A DNA stretch of 64,000 nt from a virus. Location of the stretch: positions 4,754-68,753 of IMG/VR virus record IMGVR_UViG_3300025030_000090. One strand, given 5' to 3'. Shown here piece after piece: positions 56,854 to 64,000 of this stretch. Each line of letters opens with the position of its first letter. The first letter of the stretch is position 1. The position numbers and the translations under genes were made by a program. Below the pieces are notes generated by a model that ran no database searches, was not told the origin of the DNA, and was given only the letters and a program-made list of their open reading frames with translations.

Positions 56854-57431
56854 TGTGCTGAAATTCCCATTTGCTCTGCTACGTATGATTTTAATCTAAT
56901 TGCCACCTTTGAAAGCACCGAAGGATCCCCAATTTCTTCCTTCAAAACACGAAAAACCATCTCAAGGAATTTGAATTGCACTACTCCACTATCTATTGCT
57001 CGCAATCCTTTTATTGCTCTGTCAATCATTTCAGAAGCACCTTCCATACTTCTAGAAGAGGCTCCTTGTTTAACCAATTCTTGAAGTCCCATTACAAGAA
57101 CTTGCTTGTATGCAGTTACTTGTTCATTTATGTCCTTGGAAATGACACCAAGATTTTGATTATCATTAGCCAGAACTGCCCTTCCAATTGCTTCTATTTT
57201 TGCATTTTGCCAATCATATTCTTTTGCCCATTTGGAGATTAAAGGAATTGAGGGTTTTCTTCCAATTGTGTCATTTATCTTTTGAGAAATATCCTCATAT
57301 CTTTCTCCTTGAATAAACATGTCTCTAGCGATCATAATTGCTACAGGAGGATAAGCTACACCTTTCCCTGTGGTCTTTTTTAGGCCGCTTTTTAGAGTGC
57401 CTTTTTTCCTACCCACTATGCATTTTTCCAA
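56850..57431 (-). CDS. putative terminase small subunit (HTH)
   Basis: HTH-like I...I..WAKEYDW followed by helices; upstream of terL. Confidence 0.55.
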   Translation of the reverse strand: MEKCIVGRKKGTLKSGLKKTTGKGVAYPPVAIMIARDMFIQGERYEDISQKINDTIGRKPSIPLISKWAKEYDWQNAKIEAIGRAVLANDNQNLGVISKDINEQVTAYKQVLVMGLQELVKQGASSRSMEGASEMIDRAIKGLRAIDSGVVQFKFLEMVFRVLKEEIGDPSVLSKVAIRLKSYVAEQMGISAQ

Positions 57432-57735
57432 ATAAAGATAGCCAAGAATATTTAATCCCCAGAAGAAAATATCCCATAGATGTATTCAATCTCCAAAGAA
57501 AAAGAACAGGATATTTATACCATCCATTCCTAACCATCCAATAGCACAAACGATTTGGGTCATCATCAAGAGTTTTCCAATTTTCTACCAAGGATGGATA
57601 GCTTTTAATTGTCATATAAGATATTGGCTGAACTATAGATCCTTTGGTAACAAAATATGCATTATTCCTTTCTGCTAGTCCAACTCTAGCGTATTTTGCA
57701 TTGTTTTCGAACCATCTTCTCATTGGATGAAACAT
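57409..57735 (-). CDS. hypothetical protein
   Basis: ORF. Confidence 0.5.
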   Translation of the reverse strand: MFHPMRRWFENNAKYARVGLAERNNAYFVTKGSIVQPISYMTIKSYPSLVENWKTLDDDPNRLCYWMVRNGWYKYPVLFLWRLNTSMGYFLLGIKYSWLSLFGKMHSG

Positions 57736-57751
57736 TTCACTTTTCCCTTTT

Positions 57752-58114
57752 TCACCACTTTGGAAAATTAGCCATGTTCACATTAGGGCTAGTTTTTTGG
57801 GTCGCAAAGGGACATTCTGCAAGAGAATAATCCGCTAAATTTGTTCTAATCTCTCTGCTGTTAATGGCAATTTCGTTCCTAGAGCAAACCCCATTATACT
57901 TACCAGAATCTTCAAAAAACCTTTTTCCTTGGCCAGCAGTCCTAACTTCTGTTTCAAAAGGAACTTCTTTCCGCCAAAGACATTCTTCTTTGCTGCAATA
58001 AACAATTTTTGCGAACTTCAAAAAGAACCTCCCACATTCTCTACATTCACTTTCTAACTCTGTGCAATCTATTTGGTCTATCCAACAAGGCTTCCTATAG
58101 GTTGAACTACTCAT
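57752..58114 (-). CDS. Cys-rich hypothetical protein
   Basis: AGGAGG RBS. Confidence 0.6.
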   Translation of the reverse strand: MSSSTYRKPCWIDQIDCTELESECRECGRFFLKFAKIVYCSKEECLWRKEVPFETEVRTAGQGKRFFEDSGKYNGVCSRNEIAINSREIRTNLADYSLAECPFATQKTSPNVNMANFPKW

Positions 58115-58168
58115 TCTGCCTCCTTATTCAATCTCTCTCTAGCGATGATACTGTAATCTTTGGAGATT

Positions 58169-58633
58169 TCAATCCCATAAAGCAAAAAAGTATTCTTTGA
58201 ACAAATCCATTGCTTCATCAAATATTTTCTTGTCTTCTTTGATTTTTTCCTCCCAGGAGGAATCATATGTCTCTCTGTAATCCAAATCTATGATTCTTCT
58301 TCCTGCTTCCATGCCTTCAACCATTTTGTCCAGTGCTTCATCAAATTTTCTTTCACATTGACAATCTCTATTATTGTCCCAAGGCTTTTCACAGTCGCAT
58401 GGGTAGCCATGTTTTATTCTTTTTAGTTCTTTCATTCCATTGTGAAGGACTTGCAGCAAATATGCGTCAAAAGACCATAAATCTCTGTGAGAATATCCTT
58501 TTGTCCCTCTTTTTATGACTTCTTTTGGATAGTACCAAAAAAGCTCTTTGAGGTTGTGAACGGTGTTTGCTACTGAATACCAATTAAAATTGAAGTACCA
58601 ATCATATAAATGTGGGCCAAAAAATTTATTCAT
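58169..58633 (-). CDS. conserved phage hypothetical protein
   Basis: RG..GYS..DLWSFD..HGYP..LF.EYF.ALWD. Confidence 0.7.
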   Translation of the reverse strand: MNKFFGPHLYDWYFNFNWYSVANTVHNLKELFWYYPKEVIKRGTKGYSHRDLWSFDAYLLQVLHNGMKELKRIKHGYPCDCEKPWDNNRDCQCERKFDEALDKMVEGMEAGRRIIDLDYRETYDSSWEEKIKEDKKIFDEAMDLFKEYFFALWD

Positions 58634-58636
58634 CGT

Positions 58637-59266
58637 TTACTCTCCAAAACAATTAACTTCACAGACATTTTTTCCGTTCCTCAAAGCAGAGCAAGAAAAC
58701 TCTTTTCCTTCCCAGGACACTGTTATTTTATCATCTTTAGCACATCTGTTTTCTCCAGTCCAAGAAACCAACTTTGAATCTTCACAATTGATTCCTCTTC
58801 CTTGTTTTTGAAGCTTCAAAATATGAACTGGTGTATTTGTCCTAATAGAGAATAAAATAGCATCATGAACTCTTTGTTCATTTCCTTTAGCATTGACTAC
58901 ATGTAAACTAACTTTATGACTATCACTCAAATACATGTTAGCGGCTTGTATAGAACTGAAATTCAAAACCGATACAATTATCTCATCTATTTGTCCTGAA
59001 TCACGTATTATATCATATTGCCCGTTTGTCATCAATACAACTCTGTATCCCAAATTTCGAGCTTCTGATAGGATGCTACCTAAATCTGGGTGAAGAGTTG
59101 GCTCTCCTCCGGAAATTCTCGCCACACCACATTGTTTTCTATGCTTCCTCAAAGCAACTAAACAATCTTTAAGTGGCATATGTTCACCATTTTCAGTAGC
59201 AGAAACACTACACCATTTGCAGTTTGAATAACATTTGTTAGTTATTTCTAGTGTAAGCTCTTTCAT
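58637..59266 (-). CDS. radical SAM protein
   Basis: ITNKCYSNCKWC, SGGEPTLHPD, MTNG. Confidence 0.85.
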   Translation of the reverse strand: MKELTLEITNKCYSNCKWCSVSATENGEHMPLKDCLVALRKHRKQCGVARISGGEPTLHPDLGSILSEARNLGYRVVLMTNGQYDIIRDSGQIDEIIVSVLNFSSIQAANMYLSDSHKVSLHVVNAKGNEQRVHDAILFSIRTNTPVHILKLQKQGRGINCEDSKLVSWTGENRCAKDDKITVSWEGKEFSCSALRNGKNVCEVNCFGE

Positions 59267-59727
59267 ATCTTTTCCCCAACTAGGGCCACCTTGGTGACAG
59301 TTTCTTGAGGCTTTCTTTCAAACTTGATTCCTAGTTTATCAAGGGTAGAAAACACGTTGACTCCCATTGCTTCTGGCAAAAGTGTAAAGAAAACATCCTT
59401 TCCAAAGTTATTATATACTGATTCTTTTAGATTTTTCCTAACACCATTTTGCCAATACAGAACGCATCTTGCTTGTGAATCACTCCAATTAGGATGTAAA
59501 GATTTCATTTTCTTTATATGCGATCCTAAATCAAATGTGGAAACTACAAAATAGTGTGGTTTTTGCAAATCGAAACATTCTTCAACTCTTGGGACTATCG
59601 GAGGACAATTTTTAGACATCCCATAATTGGGACACCCTTTGGAATGTCCAGGATATGGAATTTTGCACCATTCCCTGGATTTATAGTTTATCACCAGAGA
59701 ACCAGAAACATCATAAATAGAAATCAT
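59263..59727 (-). CDS. DUF2284-like metal-binding protein
   Basis: C...GCPNYG...CPP, PEAMGVNVF.T; start at MISIYD. Confidence 0.6.
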   Translation of the reverse strand: MISIYDVSGSLVINYKSREWCKIPYPGHSKGCPNYGMSKNCPPIVPRVEECFDLQKPHYFVVSTFDLGSHIKKMKSLHPNWSDSQARCVLYWQNGVRKNLKESVYNNFGKDVFFTLLPEAMGVNVFSTLDKLGIKFERKPQETVTKVALVGEKI

Positions 59728-59729
59728 TT

Positions 59730-62696
59730 TTACTCTTTTTCTGGTAGGGGGCAAATACCGTCTTCGCATTCTATACATTTCGTGTCCAAAACTTGCTTTG
59801 AACGACTTCCATCACGAAACACAGTAAATCCCTTCAGTCCTAAATCATACGCTAGAAAAATAGCATTCTTCACATCCTCTACAATAGCTTCATTTGGCAT
59901 ATTGATTGTTTTTGAACATGCATTATCGATGTTTCTTTGAAATGCAGCTTGCATCTTTATATGCCATTCCGGAGAAATATCCAATGCTGTTGCAAATACT
60001 TTTTGCCACTTCTCTGGTATTCCTGATAGATTTTTCACACTACCATTATTTTGAATAATTCTACTCACCAATCCCTTATCGTGCCAGCCTTCTCTTTTCG
60101 CGATACTTTCGAATACAGGATTTACTTCAAAAAGAGTTTGGTTGTTCAAAATATTCGTCCTCTGGAAAACAATTCCATAATTAGGCTCAATGCCTCCAGA
60201 GCAATTATGAACAAAAACATTGTTAGCCACAAAGTTGTGTGTTTCTGGGATCTCCATATCATATACATCTATTATATCATAATTAAAAATGATTTCTTTT
60301 ACTCTGTGATTAGACAATCGCACTTTTCCATTACGCCAAGCAGTTCCGTAACACTTGTGAGAGCAGAAACGATTAGCATATCTCCCCAATTCAGAACCAC
60401 AAATCTCACAAAATTTAGGTATTCTGCGTCTATTTGCCATTCCAATTTCAAATTTCTGTCTTGCTTTGGGTTGCGCCATTCCTATTTTTGTTCTTTCAGA
60501 GATTTTTTCTCTCTCTTCGCTTGACCAGGGCCTTCCCTTGTTCCAAGGAATGTGTTTCATACTGGATTTAATTTCAGATGCTCTTTCTTTTCCAAAAAGT
60601 TCATCAAAGGTTTTTCCTGTGATATGCTCTTTGGCCCAAATAGCCCCATTTCTGCCTTGAATTTTTGCATGTTCGCTATTAGTCAGCACTTGAATGTTGT
60701 TAGGGTTATTATTTAATTTGTTACCATCGATATGATGGGCACATTCATTTTTATTCATTTTTCTACCAATGTTGTATTCAGCTACTATACGCTGTTCAGA
60801 ACAAAATCCTTTGTTTGTGATGCCTATTCCTATGCGACCCAAACTGTTCATATGTTTGTAAAATGCCATTACAGACTCACCTATCTTCATTTCAGTAGCC
60901 TTCTTGTATGACCCATCAGGTTTCATAATTAGGTGATCTGGAGTGCAAACTATGGAAGTGTCATCATCAAACACTATTTTGATAACTGGCACATTGGGTT
61001 TTGACATCCAAACTTTTGCAGCTTTTGCTATAGTAGGTTTTCCATCCTTGAAAGAATAAACAAAAGGATTGGTCCCGACCAAATCTTTGATTTTGAAACG
61101 ACCATTCAAAGTATTGATTTCGGTGTCTCCTGCAAGACATTCGCTTATTATAGATATGCTTCCAGTAGGTGCCAGTGTGCATAATGCTGCATTACGTCGA
61201 GGGGATTTTATTGTAGACATTTCTATATCAGGAAAACTTCCTCTTTCCTCCGCAAGTTTAGCAGAAGCTTTTTGGGACTCAGAATAAATAAATGACATAA
61301 TTTCTTCGGCTACTTTGATCGCTTCATCCGAAGCATAAGGAATCTCCATCAAAAATAAGGCATCTGCGAAACCCATAATCCCAAGGCCAATTCTTCTGTC
61401 TGCGAGACAGTTTTTCTTGATTTCCTCAAGAGGATAGTATGAAACATCTAGCACATTGTCCAAAAATCTAACAGCACTATGTACAACTTTTCTCAAAGAT
61501 GGATACACAATTCTCTTATTTTCTACAAATTTGGAAAGATTTATTGACCCCAAGTCACATGCGGAGGAAGGTAGAAGCGGCTGTTCGCCACATAAGTTGA
61601 GAATGAGATTTCCTTTTGTTGGGGTGGAATTATCCTTTTGAACTCTATCCCAGAAAACAATTCCTGGTTCTCCATTTCGGTATGCTGATTCAACCAATAT
61701 GCTGAACAGCATGTTTGCGTCTATTTCCCTGGCTTTTCGGCCATTTCTAGGATTGATTAGACTGAAATTTTCTTTTCTGTGGACTGCTTCCATAAAATCG
61801 TCTGTTATTGCTACAGAAATATTGAAATTATTTAGTCTATTTTCATCAGTTTTGCAGCGAATGAATTCTAAAATATCGGGATGTGAGATCTTTAGAAGAC
61901 CTAAATTTCCACCACGCCTTAATCCGCCTTGCAAAGTAACAGAGGTTATGGTATCAAAAATTTGCATGAATGAGATAGGGCCACTTGCAACTCCTTCTGT
62001 GCTGGCTACAGAATCTCCTGCTGGTCGAATGTTAGACAGATGCAAGCCAACCCCACCACCAGCTTTTTGAACCATTCCGGAATCTTTTGCTATTTGCAAA
62101 ACACTTTCCATGGAGTCCTGTATTTCAAATGCAAAACATGCGAAGCTGCTTAATTCTTGATTCAATCCTGCATTTGCCAAAACAGGAGTAGAAGGCATAA
62201 ACATCTGGGTAGTCATCAAATTCTGAAAAGCTTTTCCCCAATGGTTAACATCGCCACCATATTTTCTTTCAGCTTCTGCTACAGCAAAAGCCACTCTATG
62301 AAAAAGCTGCGAAGGAGTTTCTTTTTTACCATCCCTGGTTTTCAAATATCTTTTGTCCAGAAGAGATAAAGAATTCATTCCGAAGTGCAAATCATCAGAA
62401 ATCCCCAACTTGTCTTTGAATGTTCTCAACTCAGATCGTTTTGCTCTATACAAAATGTATGATTTTGCCAAAATTGGATTTCCTAGTTCAATTAGTGCAT
62501 CTTCTACTTTATCATGTATGTCCTCAACTGAAACTTCTGATGCAGTTAATTTCTTCTCTACCTTATCTGCGATTTCTTGAGCAATTTTCTCATCAACATT
62601 TCCAGAAGCTTGCATAGCTTTGGAAACAGCTATTACAATTTTGCTCTTATCAAATCGAACAATACGCCCATCTCGTTTGATAACCTTTTGTACCAT
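59730..62696 (-). CDS. nrdJ: class II (AdoCbl-dependent) ribonucleotide reductase with ATP cone and intein
   Basis: VIKRDG ATP cone, PSTPVLANAG, RRGGN, GEPG, NLCGEQPL, RRIGLGIMG, APTGSIS, SKTINMP, C-terminal Cys. Confidence 0.92.
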   Translation of the reverse strand: MVQKVIKRDGRIVRFDKSKIVIAVSKAMQASGNVDEKIAQEIADKVEKKLTASEVSVEDIHDKVEDALIELGNPILAKSYILYRAKRSELRTFKDKLGISDDLHFGMNSLSLLDKRYLKTRDGKKETPSQLFHRVAFAVAEAERKYGGDVNHWGKAFQNLMTTQMFMPSTPVLANAGLNQELSSFACFAFEIQDSMESVLQIAKDSGMVQKAGGGVGLHLSNIRPAGDSVASTEGVASGPISFMQIFDTITSVTLQGGLRRGGNLGLLKISHPDILEFIRCKTDENRLNNFNISVAITDDFMEAVHRKENFSLINPRNGRKAREIDANMLFSILVESAYRNGEPGIVFWDRVQKDNSTPTKGNLILNLCGEQPLLPSSACDLGSINLSKFVENKRIVYPSLRKVVHSAVRFLDNVLDVSYYPLEEIKKNCLADRRIGLGIMGFADALFLMEIPYASDEAIKVAEEIMSFIYSESQKASAKLAEERGSFPDIEMSTIKSPRRNAALCTLAPTGSISIISECLAGDTEINTLNGRFKIKDLVGTNPFVYSFKDGKPTIAKAAKVWMSKPNVPVIKIVFDDDTSIVCTPDHLIMKPDGSYKKATEMKIGESVMAFYKHMNSLGRIGIGITNKGFCSEQRIVAEYNIGRKMNKNECAHHIDGNKLNNNPNNIQVLTNSEHAKIQGRNGAIWAKEHITGKTFDELFGKERASEIKSSMKHIPWNKGRPWSSEEREKISERTKIGMAQPKARQKFEIGMANRRRIPKFCEICGSELGRYANRFCSHKCYGTAWRNGKVRLSNHRVKEIIFNYDIIDVYDMEIPETHNFVANNVFVHNCSGGIEPNYGIVFQRTNILNNQTLFEVNPVFESIAKREGWHDKGLVSRIIQNNGSVKNLSGIPEKWQKVFATALDISPEWHIKMQAAFQRNIDNACSKTINMPNEAIVEDVKNAIFLAYDLGLKGFTVFRDGSRSKQVLDTKCIECEDGICPLPEKE
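60204..61139 (-). mobile_element. 312-aa intein with HNH endonuclease, NUMOD3-like motif and Zn finger
   Basis: CLAGDT, CTPDH, HHIDGNKLNN.P.N....N.EH, PWNKG, VYDMEI..HNFVAN.VFVHN|C. Confidence 0.92.
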
Positions 62697-62710
62697 AAAT
62701 TTCTCCCTTA

Positions 62711-63568
62711 CTATAAATTAGTTAAAATGATTTCTTGATAGTCTTTTGCAGAAAACTTCCAGGGTGTGACCTTGTATTTCTTGTTGATTTTGATTGTCTT
62801 GAAGTTTGCTAAATTCTGCTGAAAAAAGGAATCTTCAATAGTAGAAAGAATAATTCCTTGTCTTGCTCTATTGCTTATTCGGATTAGACCCAATAAATCT
62901 TCATCTTCGTTTTGCGACCAGCTGTATATTCCTTTTTGTCCTCCCATAGCACCAGTCCCAGAATATGGGGGATCAAAGTAGATTACATCGGCTCTTGAAT
63001 AATCAACATGTCTGAAGTCCTGAATAGAAAAGAAAGAATTTGGCCTAACGTAATTATATGAAGAAATGAATTCTTGTTTGCTAATACATCTTCCTCCGTA
63101 TGATTGGTTAAATCCATTTGGGCCAAATCGCAGCATTCCATTTATGCAAGAATTTGCCAAAACAATAAATGCTAAATCTTTTTCGAACGAATCTTCTGGC
63201 TTCTTGTTCCACCATTCTCTGAAAGAATAATAATCACCTTTATTGTTTGTGATATCATATTTTTCCTGTATTTTATCATAGCACTCTGATAGAACTTCAG
63301 GAGGATACTTATGTTGCAAAAATGAAACTACATACGGAAATATGTCAGAACAATGATACTCTTTGAATGTTTTTGGAAGGTTGCAATATGCACCGCCACT
63401 TCCGAAAAATGGCTCCATGTATATTAGATCAGAGCAATCTTCTGGAAGCACCGAAAATACTTCGTCCGCAATTGCTTTCTTGTTTCCTGTCATACTTATG
63501 AAAGACATCTTTTTCATATTTTGTAGTTCAGAAAATACAGAAGGCTGGCACCGCCACCAGCCCTCCAT
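62711..63568 (-). CDS. Dam/D12-class DNA adenine methyltransferase
   Basis: G.KK, YMEPFFGSGG, NGMLRF...GFNQSYG, YFDPPY. Confidence 0.88.
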   Translation of the reverse strand: MEGWWRCQPSVFSELQNMKKMSFISMTGNKKAIADEVFSVLPEDCSDLIYMEPFFGSGGAYCNLPKTFKEYHCSDIFPYVVSFLQHKYPPEVLSECYDKIQEKYDITNNKGDYYSFREWWNKKPEDSFEKDLAFIVLANSCINGMLRFGPNGFNQSYGGRCISKQEFISSYNYVRPNSFFSIQDFRHVDYSRADVIYFDPPYSGTGAMGGQKGIYSWSQNEDEDLLGLIRISNRARQGIILSTIEDSFFQQNLANFKTIKINKKYKVTPWKFSAKDYQEIILTNL

Positions 63569-63583
63569 ATTTCTTTCTTTCGC

Positions 63584-63844
63584 TTACTCGGAGTCTTGGT
63601 CTTTGGCTAGAACAACCCTTTGTGTTTCCTTGCGAGGACGAACAAACTCAGCTACCTTTTCGGCATATACATCAGCCTGGTCATAGTCAAGTCCTGCACT
63701 GGCAATTACCTTGCCAACACCAACCTTTTCCCTGGCTTCTGCTTCTGTTGCGGCCACAACAGAAATACCATCAAGTAGCACAGTTCCACTACCCTTTGGA
63801 TTTACGACGTATACTTTCCATAGACTTCTATTAGGATTTGGCAT
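63584..63844 (-). CDS. hypothetical protein
   Basis: start MPNPNR overlapping the upstream stop. Confidence 0.55.
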   Translation of the reverse strand: MPNPNRSLWKVYVVNPKGSGTVLLDGISVVAATEAEAREKVGVGKVIASAGLDYDQADVYAEKVAEFVRPRKETQRVVLAKDQDSE

Positions 63845-64000
63845 CTCTAGGTTTCTTTTCCTTTTCCAGCACATTGGCTGTGAATTTAGCAACCGACTTG
63901 TCAAGATCTTCCTCCCTGGCGGTGAAAGAAAGAGTATCTTTTTCACTGTATGCAGCATCATCAGTATTCACACCACTAGATGCCATTGCGGAATAAAACG
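63831..64000 (-). CDS. hypothetical protein, partial (3' end only)
   Basis: open frame ...FTAREEDLDKSVAKF..RDAKS* from the window edge. Confidence 0.45.
   Translation of the reverse strand, partial: FYSAMASSGVNTDDAAYSEKDTLSFTAREEDLDKSVAKFTANVLEKEKKPRDAKS

Noticed and set aside
1-64000. Plus-strand ORFs in the track
   Set aside because: Almost all are antisense shadows of minus-strand genes, with no RBS or recognisable motifs
1-64000. Stop-codon reassignment
   Set aside because: Long genes are intact in code 11, and TAA, TAG and TGA all end genes at tight junctions
1-64000. tRNA or rRNA genes
   Set aside because: No cloverleaf with a T-loop and acceptor stem found by eye; tRNAscan would be needed to exclude them fully

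Overview
A 64-kb fragment of a large tailed dsDNA phage genome (standard genetic code; essentially every real gene is on the minus strand). In transcription order (right to left): Dam-like methylase, class II ribonucleotide reductase with an HNH-bearing intein, radical SAM, terminase subunits, portal with a mini-intein, MuF-like head protein, phosphoesterase and ClpP; then ~15 kb of modular effector polyproteins (ADP-ribosyltransferases, CCA-adding/HD enzyme, NUDIX, PI3/4-kinase-like, SF2 helicase, topoisomerase IB) ahead of an HK97-type prohead protease; then a NadV-like + Prs-like pair, dozens of small early genes, and an early region with repeated sigma70-like promoters, RemA, GHKL ATPase and MoxR/VWA. 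Three features stand out: (1) the effector proteins share recurring short tags and [ILF]xK[AS] junctions, suggesting a protease-matured virion cargo system; (2) a ~870-nt structured RNA behind its own promoter contains a hammerhead ribozyme between two 57-bp repeats; (3) early promoters carry shuffled, helically phased 10-bp arrays next to a phage RemA gene. All family calls come from motif recognition by eye, without database searches.
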